62,472 bases of DNA, filler included, from Candidatus Nanoarchaeia archaeon (GCA_035290625.1; 7 parts of 7 records of this genome joined end to end with filler, not necessarily neighbours in it); one strand, 5' to 3'. Positions 1 through 10,133 are shown, counted from the first letter of the whole stretch. A program made the numbers and translations. Notes: generated from the letters alone by a model not told the origin.

Positions 1-189
1 GGAGCCATATGATTTTAGCGAAGCGACCCGAAGGGGAAAATCATAATGAGCGAGAAAAAAGTAGCTTTCTTCCACATTTGCCGAAGGCGCTTGCGATAGC
101 TTTTCCTAAGAGGCTTCAGCCGTAAGGCTGGAGAGTTTCACCTAATTTTCCTAAGTAACACTAAGACTTTTAACACAAAGTAACACAAA

Positions 190-347
190 GGCTTTTGGCG
201 TAGGGAAGGGTGGCATCATTCTGTGAGCATCTTAGGTATAGGAAAGAGCAGCGACAAGGGGGTTGTCCAATTCGGGGAATGTCGCTTTGCAGGGATACAA
301 GCGCATGTGAACTCGATGCCACCCCGAACGAGCCTACGCCAAAAGCC
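190..347 (+). mobile_element. Structured MITE-like repeat R1
   Basis: Perfect 15-bp TIR GGCTTTTGGCGTAGG/CCTACGCCAAAAGCC; inner helix GGGTGGCATC/GATGCCACCC; apical GCGAC-AAGGGGG-TTGTCCAATTCGGGGAAT-GTCGC; flanks TAACACAAA/TAACAATCA (6/9). Confidence 0.75.
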
Positions 348-562
348 TAACAATCAACAAGTTTACTTAACGCCTGCAGAGTTCTTGCAGATTTCTTTGT
401 TTGTCCTTATCTTTTGAGGTTTTTGATTAGGGGCTAACGTTCCAGCATCCCTGACTCAGGATTATTACTACTATAAAGTAAATAAAAATAGAAAACTTTA
501 AAAAGCCCTTTTGGTTCTCTTTTGATTATAGTCTCAGTTTGATTACAGTTATAGCCTCGATT

Positions 563-727
563 ATGGTACCTAACACATTGCCGGGAGTGGACGCCCATCT
601 TGATGAAGAAGGCCTGTCAGTTGCACCTATGGTTGTCTGCGGTGAATGCAAGCGGAAGATGGAGAGAGTCGGAGCGGATTCTTATACGTGCTCCGAGTGC
701 GGGGAGAAGTTTAGCCAGAAGGATTAG
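563..727 (+). CDS. Small zinc-ribbon protein
   Basis: Two CxxC pairs (CGEC...CSECG); start codon uncertain. Confidence 0.5.
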   Translation: MVPNTLPGVDAHLDEEGLSVAPMVVCGECKRKMERVGADSYTCSECGEKFSQKD

Positions 728-851
728 GCGCGGCTCCATTTTTCTATTATCCTTTATTACATTATCCTCTCTATCCCCTTTGTTACCCTCCTTTAAACAG
801 CAATTTTAAATAGAAATACTTATAAAACCTGACGATACTTGTTAGTTAACC

Positions 852-2771
852 ATGGTGAAGTCTCCAAAGAACATCCTTCTTGTTTATCCTGAGTTTCCAA
901 AGACAACGTACTGGAGCTTTAGCGGAGCGCGCCGGTTTGATGGAAGGAAGGCTGTGATGCCACCGCTTGCCTTACTTACTGTTGGAGCGATGCTTCCTAA
1001 AGACTATGACCTAAGATTAGTTGATATGAATGTGAAAGAGCTTACTGACGCTGATTTAGAATGGGCTGACTCTGTATTTACCTCTTCTATGATTGTGCAG
1101 AGGGATTCTCTGGAGGAAGTTACGACCAGAGCGCATGAGCATGGAAAATCTGTTGTTGCAGGAGGCCAGCTGCCAACCCTTGCATATGAGCAGATCCCCT
1201 GGGTTGATCATTTTGTCCTGAATGAGGCAGAAGCAACTTTGGGCCCTTTTCTTAAGGACTTAGAAGCAGGCAATCCTAAACGCGTATATGCGCAGGAGAT
1301 CCGTGATTTTCGGGGCAAGGAAACCCCTTATCAGGAAGCGGAGATAGAACGCCTTATTAGATTTTTTGAGGGAAGTTCTCAGGATATCCGGATTGCAGCT
1401 ACAAGGCCTGCTGCAAGAACTACCCCCTTGCCCAGGTTTGACCTTCTGGAAGATACTCTCTACGATTATGTCTCTATGGCAGTTCAAGTATCAAGAGGAT
1501 GCCCTTTTAGCTGCGGCTTCTGTGAGATCCCTCGCTTATATGGCCATGGAGCCAGGGTAAAGGGAGGGAATCAAATCCTTGAGGAATTTGATGTGCTTCG
1601 TGATATGGGATGGAAGGGTTCTGTCTTTGTTGTAGATGATAATTTTATCGCCAATCAAAAGGAAATCAAAGCGCTCCTTCCTCAGATTGCAGCTTGGCAG
1701 GAAGCGCATGGATTTCCTTTCCAGCTCTTTACAGAAGCAAGCATGAACATTGATGATACGATCCTTGGCCTTATGCAGAAAGCCGGCTTTAATAGGGTTT
1801 TTACAGGCATAGAAACCTTTAATCCTGAAGTCTTACGGAATACCAGCAAAAGGCAGAATGCAGTCAGGGATATGCATGCTACTATCAGAAACATACAGCG
1901 TCATGGCATCGAGCCTTATGGCGGATTTATTGTGGGGCTTGACGGCTCTACTGAAGAGGATTATGACCTCATGATACAGTCTATCCGGGACCTTGGCATC
2001 GTCAATGCTATGGTTGGCTTGCTTACTGTTTCTCCGGGAAGCCCGGATTATTATACCTGCAAGAAAGAGGGAAGGCTTGTGCAGGAATCCGGAGGAGACA
2101 ATACTCATTCTTTCACTTTGAATTTTGTTCCTAAGGATGGCCAGGATCCTGAGGAAATCATAAGACAGTACATGCGGGTCCTCAGCGCTGTCTATGACCC
2201 CACTCTTAAGAACTATTTTGAAAGAGTGCGCGCACTATATGATACTCTGGGCGAGACAGGCGTTCATTTTGCTGCAAATCCAAGCTGGAAAAGTCTTATG
2301 GCAGGCGTTAAGTCTTTATTGTACCAGCCCTTCCAGCCTTATGGGTGGGAATATTCCAAATTTATTGCTTGGACATTGAGACACCACCCCTCCAAATTTG
2401 TAGATGCCATCACAGATGCTATTAAAGGCCATCATTTTTGGGCGATTACGCAAGGAAGCCTGGAGCTCCATGAGCTTACAACCTTCATGGGCGATCACAT
2501 TGAGTATCTCAATGGAAATGTCCCGAAATTAACAGAATCCATCCCGGAGAATGGAGAGTATCCTACTTTACTTGAGAGACTCCAAGGCTATCAGCATGAG
2601 GCTCAAGCAGCTCTTAGCCACGCTAAGCAGAGAATAATGAGCCTATCCCCTCCTTACAGAGAAGCTGCCCAACGCCATTATGCCTCTTTTGTGGAGCACA
2701 TTGAGCATATCGTGGAATCGATTAATGGGATTGTCCACCCTTCTCAGAAATCAAAATCAGACGGCTCCTAA
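852..2771 (+). CDS. B12-binding domain radical SAM protein (DUF4070-type)
   Basis: N-terminal 'LLVYPEFP...MPPLALLT' B12-binding region; CxxxCxxC (CPFSCGFC); VVDDNF; TATA box about 30 nt upstream. Confidence 0.9.
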   Translation: MVKSPKNILLVYPEFPKTTYWSFSGARRFDGRKAVMPPLALLTVGAMLPKDYDLRLVDMNVKELTDADLEWADSVFTSSMIVQRDSLEEVTTRAHEHGKSVVAGGQLPTLAYEQIPWVDHFVLNEAEATLGPFLKDLEAGNPKRVYAQEIRDFRGKETPYQEAEIERLIRFFEGSSQDIRIAATRPAARTTPLPRFDLLEDTLYDYVSMAVQVSRGCPFSCGFCEIPRLYGHGARVKGGNQILEEFDVLRDMGWKGSVFVVDDNFIANQKEIKALLPQIAAWQEAHGFPFQLFTEASMNIDDTILGLMQKAGFNRVFTGIETFNPEVLRNTSKRQNAVRDMHATIRNIQRHGIEPYGGFIVGLDGSTEEDYDLMIQSIRDLGIVNAMVGLLTVSPGSPDYYTCKKEGRLVQESGGDNTHSFTLNFVPKDGQDPEEIIRQYMRVLSAVYDPTLKNYFERVRALYDTLGETGVHFAANPSWKSLMAGVKSLLYQPFQPYGWEYSKFIAWTLRHHPSKFVDAITDAIKGHHFWAITQGSLELHELTTFMGDHIEYLNGNVPKLTESIPENGEYPTLLERLQGYQHEAQAALSHAKQRIMSLSPPYREAAQRHYASFVEHIEHIVESINGIVHPSQKSKSDGS

Positions 2772-3662
2772 AACCAATGCAAGGAGAGCCATCCTCACCG
2801 GAATCCCATAATGCGCCTGCTGGAAGTAGACTGCAGCGTCTGTTCCGTCAACATCATGCACAATCTCTCCTACTTTTGGAAGGGGGTGAAGAATCTTGAC
2901 ATCGGGCTTCATCTGGCTGAGGATTGATCGGTCGAGCTTGTAGCTTCCCTCAACCTTCTTGAAGTCATTTTCGAACTGAAATCGCTCTTTTTGGATCCTG
3001 GTTGCATAGACAACATCCAAATCCCCGCATACCTCAGCTACATCTGCAACCTCGATACATTCGCATCTCTTCTTGAGCTCGCTGAGCTGGTCGTTCGGCA
3101 TCCTGAGAGACTCAGGAGAGACAAAATACATCTTTGCCCCAAACAAGGACAATGCGTGAGCCAGAGAATGGACAGTTCTTCCGTACTTGAGGTCGCCAAG
3201 AAATCCAACCGAAAGACCATCGAGCCTCCCTTTTGTCTTGAGGATTGTAAAGAGATCCAGGAATGTCTGTGTTGGATGCTGGTTTGCGCCGTCGCCTGCA
3301 TTGATGACTGGAACCAGGCTGGCTCCTGCTGCGCGGGCAGCTGATCCTTCCTCAGGATGCCGGATTACAACAGCATCGCAGTATCCTGATACGACCTTGA
3401 TTGTATCCTCCAGGCTTTCTCCCTTTCTCATTGAGGTGTTCGAGGCGTCAGAAAACCCGATGACGTTGCCTCCAAGCCTGTGCATGGACGCTTCGAATGA
3501 GAGCCTCGTTCTTGTGGACGGCTCGAAGAAGAGTGTTGCAAGAATCTTGCCCTTCAGGACAGGCCCTTGCTGCTGGATGCCTTCAGCGACCTTTAGGATA
3601 TGCAAGAGCTCTTGCTTGGTGAAGTCCTTGATAGAAATGATATGCCTGTTTTTGAAGTTCAT
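2757..3662 (-). CDS. pyrB: Aspartate carbamoyltransferase catalytic subunit
   Basis: FFEPSTRTRLSF, NAGDG..HPTQ, GDLKYGRTVHSL and HPLP motifs. Confidence 0.97.
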   Translation of the reverse strand: MNFKNRHIISIKDFTKQELLHILKVAEGIQQQGPVLKGKILATLFFEPSTRTRLSFEASMHRLGGNVIGFSDASNTSMRKGESLEDTIKVVSGYCDAVVIRHPEEGSAARAAGASLVPVINAGDGANQHPTQTFLDLFTILKTKGRLDGLSVGFLGDLKYGRTVHSLAHALSLFGAKMYFVSPESLRMPNDQLSELKKRCECIEVADVAEVCGDLDVVYATRIQKERFQFENDFKKVEGSYKLDRSILSQMKPDVKILHPLPKVGEIVHDVDGTDAAVYFQQAHYGIPVRMALLALVLGAV

Positions 3663-3710
3663 TAAAAACTGAAGGGATACTCTAAGGTTTATAAACATAG
3701 TGGTTGAATA

Positions 3711-3910
3711 GGCTCAGTAGAAAGTCAGTCGGCATCGGGCTCGCTTGCGCTTGTATTCGAGTATGCTGACACCCCCGACGGTGCTAAAAAGAGCTACGCT
3801 CTTTTGGCACACCAAAACGCCCAAAGGCGTTTTGATTGGGCCAACCCTCCGTCAGCACTGCTCATGACTGCGAAGAAGCTCAGAAAGGATGCCGGAATTT
3901 CTACTGAGCC
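3711..3910 (-). mobile_element. Structured MITE-like repeat R2, carrying a 57-nt insert at 3781-3837
   Basis: TIR GGCTCAGTAGAAA/TTTCTACTGAGCC; helices CGGCATC/GATGCCG and GCTGAC/GTCAGC; same subfamily as R7 and R9; no clear TSD. Confidence 0.8.
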
Positions 3911-3954
3911 CGAACGCGAGGAAAGTTTTTATACCCCGGAATTTCTCTCTTTTT

Positions 3955-4359
3955 ATGCAGAGTTTTGCCATTGCTGTAAAGTCATTTATCGTGAATGATG
4001 CCAACCAATTACTGCTTCTCAAGCGGAGAGCAAACGACCCCCATAAGCCCGGAACCTGGGATATCCCTGGAGGGAGGCTGGATTCCGGAGAAGATCCTCT
4101 GGCGGGGCTGTTGCGGGAGACGGCAGAAGAGACACATCTGCCCGTCACTGTAGTCGGGCCATTAGGAGTTCATCATTTTACAAGGGATGATGGGCAGAGA
4201 ATCACCATGCTTATCTTTCTCTGCAGGGCAATGGCAACAGATGTGGAGCTTTCTGAAGAGCACACTGAATACCGATGGGCTGCTCTGGACGGCTCGTCTC
4301 TTATTCCTGACTGGCTCTTTGACCAAGTAGCGTTCTTTACCAGATATTTTAAGCGCTGA
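3955..4359 (+). CDS. NUDIX hydrolase
   Basis: Nudix box GGRLDSGEDPLAGLLRETAEET; start placed at MQSF after a TATA-like box. Confidence 0.92.
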   Translation: MQSFAIAVKSFIVNDANQLLLLKRRANDPHKPGTWDIPGGRLDSGEDPLAGLLRETAEETHLPVTVVGPLGVHHFTRDDGQRITMLIFLCRAMATDVELSEEHTEYRWAALDGSSLIPDWLFDQVAFFTRYFKR

Positions 4360-4391
4360 TTTAAGGCCCAGTCGCGGATTTAAGAGCAGTT

Positions 4392-7241
4392 CTACCTCCT
4401 TATCCTAAAGAACCTTCCTTCGTTCTGGGTTTCCCGCTGCTTTTTCCTGAAGCCGATAGCAACATGATCGTTCTTGAGCGCCTTTACGACCAAAGATTCA
4501 TCATACCCTTTTTCTTTGGCCTTGTCGAGTATATACTCATGGAGAAATCCTTTTCCAAGCCCTTCTTTCACAAAACGCCTGATACGCTCAAATTTCATCT
4601 CCTGCTCCCTGCTGAGCCGCTCCAGGCTTTCACTGACGTGCTTGCGAGACCATCCCTCAACAACAAGCAGATCCTGCAGATCCTGCCTGCTGATCCCGCC
4701 ATCATACAGCACATCATAATCGTTTCTGATGTGGCGGATGATATAGCTGAGGTGCGCATATTTCCTGAAGTACTTCCTCCTCTTTGAAATGAAGATAAGA
4801 TATCCGGCAATCACCAGGAAGGCAATGTATTTGCTGTTCCTGGCAAGATTTTCCCGCGCAAACACATTCCCGCAATCAGAAGGGCAGTTGGATTCGTCCT
4901 CCCCAAAGCCACAGTACCCATTTCCGCAGCTGCATCCTGAAGGGTCCTGGATTTTTTCGTAAGGGGCTTCTCTCCCAACCACAACAAACTTGTCCAGCGG
5001 CGAGCACGCTACGACCTTCATATCGAAATAATTGTTCTGGCCCAACAGGCTCGCTTCCTCTTCCTTTCCCAATATCTCGCTGGATACGATCTTCTCTATG
5101 ATCTGCCTTGAGTAAGGATTATCGATCAGCTCGGAATGGCTCACATTGACTTCAAAATAATTCCCGCACTGGTTGTCGATATAGCCTTCTCCGACGTGCT
5201 GCGCGCTTCTGACTGACACAACTCCGTCATTCGCAACCTCCTCCCTGAATCCGGACTTTCCAAAAAAGACCTGATTGAACTCATAGGGCTTTGTGCCTGC
5301 AACCACATAATAGCTAATCCCCGGAACGCGCGGGGTGATGATCCCATTGACCACCTCCCGAATCGTGTTGCTGTAGTAGTTGAACACATTAAAGGAGCCT
5401 TTCTTGTTGATTAGTGATTTGAAAAGATTCAAATAGACCTCTGCTGCAGGGCTTCCTTCATTAGGGGCTCCTGCAAGAACGACTTTCCTCACCTTGCCAA
5501 CAAACGTGTAAGACCGCTCAAACTTCTTATTCTCCGTAAACCCAAAGTTCAAGGCCTGCTGGGCAACCAAGCCTCCAAGGCTGTGGGCAACAATGTAGAG
5601 GTTATCAAACCTAGCAACTTCAGCTTCTATAAGCTTTGCAAGATCTTTACTCGCTTCTCCAATCGTTTTTTCAGGTGAGTAGGAAAACACCCAGATCTGG
5701 AAATTTCCCTGGGTAAGCCTGACATCATCAATCATCTCCTGGAATGTCGCAGGGGAACTGGCTAAGCCATGAACCAGGATCAGGGCATTGCGCGATGGCT
5801 CAACGGGATTGTAAATCATCTTAAGGGAAGAGTTGAAGCATTCCTTGCAGTAGACCCCCATGAGGGCGAACATCACCTGCCTTTTGCTGTCAATGAACCT
5901 GCCTATATCAGAGATGTTGCCTGTCACGATCCTCTTTTCAGGGTCTATGGCTGAATCAATCTGCTCCCAGCCTTCAGCAGTCTTGCCGTAGATCGCCACT
6001 GTCTCTTCAATAATCTCATCATCCTTCTTGAAGGGCATGCTCACTGTTGATCCAAGGCCTTTCTGAGCATGATTAAAACTGAGCACCAGAGGAGTTCCTG
6101 TGATCTTCAGCCCAAGATTGCTTGCCTGAGGAACAGAACTGTTGGGGGCAAATAAGGTCACAGAGAGGTTTTCGAAGAACTCTCCGTAGAACAAAACACT
6201 CGTTTCTCCGCTGAACACCGCCCTGCGAAATTCTGTGAGATTAAGCGTCGTCTGCTCAATGGGGACCTGAAAAAACTTAGGCTCAACGACCTCTTCCTTT
6301 CGTAAAATCTCACCAAATACCTGATTCCCGCATTTGAGCCGGGTTGTGTTCTTGATATGGAAGGATTTACAGTCTGCTCCACTGCACTGCAGGGCTGCCA
6401 CATCATAAAACTTTTGGGAGATGCTCAGGGTCATCTCAACATTTCCTCCTGAGCAATCGATGCTGAATGGCTGCATAACCACTGAATACCCTGGCGGAAT
6501 CTTAAACTGCGATGGAAGGTCCTCTTCCTTAATCTTGATCTCTTCCCTGACACTTTCTGTCACATTGACGCAGGGGATCGTTTTCCTGCTCGGCGGCTGA
6601 CCTACGCGCTTTACATCTTTTGATGGAGCTGAGAAATATTCAAAGCATTTCGGAACGCAGGAGCCGCACTGGCCGTTCAATGGGTTGCACCTGTTGCCGC
6701 ATACGGATTCTGTGCCATCGGCGCACGTAAGTCTTGTGTCTCTGCATTGAACATCGCAGCAGAGGCCATTGCATCCATCGTACACTCCCTCCTGGGGCGT
6801 GTTATTGACTGTAAGTATCCAGCTTCGGGCGTCCCTTGAGGACCCATCAAATGCAATAATGCCTATCCTATAGGTTCCAGCCTTACTATACCCGCCCTCA
6901 AACGTATATTTTTTGTCGTTTTCTCCCTCAAGCTCAATGTCATTGATTTGCCACTGGAATCTAACCTCTGAATCAGGATCAGTTGCCTCAGCGAAGAAGC
7001 TTTGGCTCTCAGGCTCTTTGATGGTAACCCTTGATTCCTGGGGGAAAGTGGTCGTCAGTTTCGGAGGCGCTGACCCGGGTTTCTGCTCCTCAACCTCAAT
7101 CTGCGTGTATACAACGCTTGCAAACCCTGTCAGGCCTCTCTCGCGCACAAATGAGAGAATAGCGGCAATGAAGATGATGGCAAGCAAGGCTCCCAGGATT
7201 GCCCGCTTTAGAACAGCTTTTTGCACGTCTCTCACCTGCAT
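4392..7241 (-). CDS. Large membrane-anchored alpha/beta-hydrolase (lipase-like) with Ig-like and Cys-rich segments
   Basis: N-terminal TM plus 'LTGFA'; LVHGL oxyanion motif, AHSLGG nucleophile elbow, NDGVV, His in VSHSEL; CGNGYC..GED..NCPSDC motif; C-terminal TM. Confidence 0.8.
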   Translation of the reverse strand: MQVRDVQKAVLKRAILGALLAIIFIAAILSFVRERGLTGFASVVYTQIEVEEQKPGSAPPKLTTTFPQESRVTIKEPESQSFFAEATDPDSEVRFQWQINDIELEGENDKKYTFEGGYSKAGTYRIGIIAFDGSSRDARSWILTVNNTPQEGVYDGCNGLCCDVQCRDTRLTCADGTESVCGNRCNPLNGQCGSCVPKCFEYFSAPSKDVKRVGQPPSRKTIPCVNVTESVREEIKIKEEDLPSQFKIPPGYSVVMQPFSIDCSGGNVEMTLSISQKFYDVAALQCSGADCKSFHIKNTTRLKCGNQVFGEILRKEEVVEPKFFQVPIEQTTLNLTEFRRAVFSGETSVLFYGEFFENLSVTLFAPNSSVPQASNLGLKITGTPLVLSFNHAQKGLGSTVSMPFKKDDEIIEETVAIYGKTAEGWEQIDSAIDPEKRIVTGNISDIGRFIDSKRQVMFALMGVYCKECFNSSLKMIYNPVEPSRNALILVHGLASSPATFQEMIDDVRLTQGNFQIWVFSYSPEKTIGEASKDLAKLIEAEVARFDNLYIVAHSLGGLVAQQALNFGFTENKKFERSYTFVGKVRKVVLAGAPNEGSPAAEVYLNLFKSLINKKGSFNVFNYYSNTIREVVNGIITPRVPGISYYVVAGTKPYEFNQVFFGKSGFREEVANDGVVSVRSAQHVGEGYIDNQCGNYFEVNVSHSELIDNPYSRQIIEKIVSSEILGKEEEASLLGQNNYFDMKVVACSPLDKFVVVGREAPYEKIQDPSGCSCGNGYCGFGEDESNCPSDCGNVFARENLARNSKYIAFLVIAGYLIFISKRRKYFRKYAHLSYIIRHIRNDYDVLYDGGISRQDLQDLLVVEGWSRKHVSESLERLSREQEMKFERIRRFVKEGLGKGFLHEYILDKAKEKGYDESLVVKALKNDHVAIGFRKKQRETQNEGRFFRIRR

Positions 7242-7309
7242 TGACAATTTTCCAATGCTTTCAGAAACTGGCTTTTATAATTGACCTTTATATATCTTTA
7301 TATCCTCCT

Positions 7310-7509
7310 GGCTCCGGTGAAAATCGGTGCTGCCGCCTCGTTGTGAGCCCTCGAAGTCAAGGGCATCGCAGCGACAAGAGGGTTGCCCCCTTCGGGGAAT
7401 GTCGCTTCCCATGAGAATATGCAGGAGGCGAACCTGGCGGCAGCCGGTGGCTTGTGAGCGAGTGAGAACGAGCTCACTCGCAAGCCACTGCGGGATTTTC
7501 ACCAGAGAC
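7310..7509 (+). mobile_element. Structured MITE-like repeat R3, with an extra hairpin at 7447-7488
   Basis: Outer IR GGCTCCGGTGAAAATC/GATTTTCACCAGAGAC; helix GCTGCCGCC/GGCGGCAGC; apical GCGAC-AAGAGGG-TTG-CCCCCTTCGGGG-AAT-GTCGC. Confidence 0.75.
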
Positions 7510-7557
7510 CACCCATCAGAAATCTTTATAATGCTCGGCTCTTTTTTGTCGTCCATT

Positions 7558-7630
7558 AGCCCCGTGGTGTAGCGGCCAAGCATCTCAGGCTTTGGACCTG
7601 AGGACCTCGGTTCGAAAGGATGTCGAAAAT
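7558..7630 (+). tRNA. tRNA-Gln(TTG), 3'-truncated by the contig end, with a putative 13-nt T-loop intron at 7617-7629
   Basis: AGCCCCG acceptor 5' strand, D-arm, anticodon arm TCAGG-CTTTGGA-CCTGA, CTCGG-TTCGAA; upstream TTTATAA box. Confidence 0.85.
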
Positions 7631-7730
7631 NNNNNNNNNNNNNNNNNNNNNNNNNNNNNNNNNNNNNNNNNNNNTTAATTAATTAANNNNNNNNNNNNNN
7701 NNNNNNNNNNNNNNNNNNNNNNNNNNNNNN
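7631..7730. other. Artificial contig spacer
   Basis: N-run / TTAATTAATTAA (stops in all frames) / N-run. Confidence 0.99.
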
Positions 7731-8118
7731 GTCCCTCCTTTTCCATGCTCTTCTCTTCCTCCTCAGTTTCCTGGATGATAAATGCGCGTGTATCCTCTGT
7801 GATACTCTGGTCTAGATTCACATAGAACAAATTTGGTCCTGCATGCACAAGGTCGTACCTCCTTCCGCCAACAACCATCTTAAATGAATCGTTAAATCCT
7901 GTTCCGATAAGGACAACTTGGTCATCCACAAAAGGCATATACAGAAGAACAAACGTATCCGGCAGCCCAAGGGAGGGCTCTTCTGGAATGGCTTCTTCAG
8001 GCTCAGATGCTTGCCCTACAAATGTGGGATGCCCATCGTAAATAGTCAGCAATACCACGGCTGAGAGCAAGAAGATGCTCAGAAACACCAGCTTCTGCCC
8101 CACTCTATCCTTGTTCAT
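7731..8118 (-). CDS. Hypothetical membrane-anchored protein (3' truncated)
   Basis: N-terminal TM followed by 'TFVGQA'; runs into the spacer. Confidence 0.6.
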
Positions 8119-8249
8119 GGCCCTTCTTTGCCCTTGCAGTATATAAAATCTCCCACTGTCTGTGCAGTGTCCGTTTTTTCTTGGGCTTACTTCCTCGACT
8201 CTATCCTCTAACCCAAATCCTTTTAAACTAGTCAAACATCCTACCGAAA

Positions 8250-8594
8250 ATGGCAGAGGAAATAGACTATTCAAAACCATTCAATGTTAGGATAATAGAA
8301 GATTGCAGGGACCCAGCTGATTATGGCATCTCTTGTAAATTAGATGGAGAGTTTGGGGTATGTTTAGGGTTGTATGAATTCCCGCATACTTGGAAAACTA
8401 GCTCTGGTGCACAAGGGAATCCTTTAACTCTTACAGAGTCTGGGGGTTATATCTGGGGGCTTGAGTGTTGGTGGGACGCGTATCCAGATGAGCATAAGGA
8501 TGTCCCATTAGATCTGCAACAAAGAGTTCTTCAACTTCATAAACAAGGTTTGGCAAAACAATTAGAAACGAATCCTGATCCCTCGTTGAATTAA
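8250..8594 (+). CDS. Hypothetical protein
   Basis: 114-aa ORF with a TTTTAAA box upstream; no recognised family. Confidence 0.55.
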   Translation: MAEEIDYSKPFNVRIIEDCRDPADYGISCKLDGEFGVCLGLYEFPHTWKTSSGAQGNPLTLTESGGYIWGLECWWDAYPDEHKDVPLDLQQRVLQLHKQGLAKQLETNPDPSLN

Positions 8595-8663
8595 AGGCCA
8601 CAGTCTTAACTTCTCCCGCTCCGTTTCGCTTGATCCTGGGAACGTGGCATCCTTTATCTGCAG

Positions 8664-10088
8664 CTAATACCCCTTGCTGAAATAAATCTCAGTAGAAGTC
8701 TCTTTCCCGCAGTGCAGGCATTTCCCTGCCTGGCCTTTCTGGTCAAACGGGATGTTCCTGGATGTGGCTCCGGTCTTCTCCTTGATCCCTGCCTCGCATT
8801 CGATCTTGCCGCAGAAGAGGCCAAGCACCAGTTTCCTTTCATCCAATGCCTTCACAACTTCCTCCCAATTCTGTGGGTGAACAATGCTCTTTGCCATCCT
8901 TTCTTTTGATTTCCTGAGCATAGATTTCTGGATATCCTCAAGGCAGGCTTTAACATAAGAGACAATGTCCTTGCAGGCAACATCCTGTTTTTCTCCAGTA
9001 TCGCGGCGGATGACAACAACACAGTTTTTCTCAATATCCTTCGGCCCAATCTCAATTCTAAGAGGGACACCTTTCATCTCCCATTCATTATATTTCCATC
9101 CCGGGGTATACCCTTTCCGGTCATCAAGCTCAACCTGAAGCCACTTGAGCTTTTTCTGAATGTCTTTTGCTTTTTGCAGAATTGCCTCATCATGCTTGCC
9201 AAACAGGATCGGGATAACCACGCAATGGATGGGAGCAATTGCTGGGGGGATTACGACCCCCTTATCATCGCCATGCTCCATAATAACTGCCCCAATAGTC
9301 CTTGTTGAGATCCCCCAGGAATTCTGGTAAGGAAGATGAGCCTCCTCATCTTTTCCCAAATAGGATATGCCGAAGGCTTTTGCAAAGTTCTGTCCGAGGT
9401 GGTGTGAAGTAGCCATCTGCAGCCCTTTACCGTCAGGCATGAAGGCTTCTACAGACAGCGTGTACTTTGCTCCTGCAAACTTCTCATGCTCAGTCTTTCT
9501 GCCGGCAATCACAGCCACTCCAAGTACTTCTTCGCACAGCTTTTGATATTCCTCAAGATAGAGCCGGGTCTCTTTTGCGCATTCTTCATCAGTCTCATAC
9601 ACGCAATGGCCTTCCTGCCAGAGGAACTCCCTGGTCCGCAGAAATAATTTTGTGGCTTTGGTCTCCCATCTTACAACATTTGCCCACTGGTTGATTCTGA
9701 GGGGAAGATCCCTATAGCTCCGAATCCATCTTGAATACATATCATACATGATTGTTTCTGAGGTTGGACGTATGGCAAGGCGTTCACCTTCTTCACTGTT
9801 CGCAATCCAGGCAACCTCAGGCGCAAACCCCTCTGCATGCTGTGCTTCTTTCTTGAAGAAGGATTCCGGTATGAACAGGGGGAAATAGGCGTTTTTCACT
9901 CCTAGCTTCTTTATCCGCCCGTCAAAATACTGCTGAATATGTTCCCACATCCCATACCCGTGCGGCCTGATCACCATACACCCCTTTACAGGGGAATAAT
10001 CGGCAATCTCGGCCTTGACGATTGCTTGGGGATACCATTCGTCAAGCCTGGACTTTGGGGCAGTGATGCCTATGGCTTTCTCAACCAT
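8664..10088 (-). CDS. proS: Proline--tRNA ligase (archaeal/eukaryotic type)
   Basis: RPTSET, VRWE..TKLFLRTREFLWQEGH, SWGISTR, KGVPLRIEIGPKD; C-terminal Zn site. Confidence 0.98.
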   Translation of the reverse strand: MVEKAIGITAPKSRLDEWYPQAIVKAEIADYSPVKGCMVIRPHGYGMWEHIQQYFDGRIKKLGVKNAYFPLFIPESFFKKEAQHAEGFAPEVAWIANSEEGERLAIRPTSETIMYDMYSRWIRSYRDLPLRINQWANVVRWETKATKLFLRTREFLWQEGHCVYETDEECAKETRLYLEEYQKLCEEVLGVAVIAGRKTEHEKFAGAKYTLSVEAFMPDGKGLQMATSHHLGQNFAKAFGISYLGKDEEAHLPYQNSWGISTRTIGAVIMEHGDDKGVVIPPAIAPIHCVVIPILFGKHDEAILQKAKDIQKKLKWLQVELDDRKGYTPGWKYNEWEMKGVPLRIEIGPKDIEKNCVVVIRRDTGEKQDVACKDIVSYVKACLEDIQKSMLRKSKERMAKSIVHPQNWEEVVKALDERKLVLGLFCGKIECEAGIKEKTGATSRNIPFDQKGQAGKCLHCGKETSTEIYFSKGY

Positions 10089-10133
10089 GCTCTCCTGAGA
10101 TTGTATGAGTTATTTAAAGGTTGCTCATCAAAA

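Noticed and set aside
223..417. Short ORFs over repeat copies (223-417, 7199-7583, 38154-38336, 38496-38768, and the N-terminal extensions at 3889 and 44600)
   Set aside because: They are translations of the GC-rich repeat; shared peptides such as 'FGECRF' and 'PLLAEN.KSRARGNP' reflect DNA repeats, not proteins.
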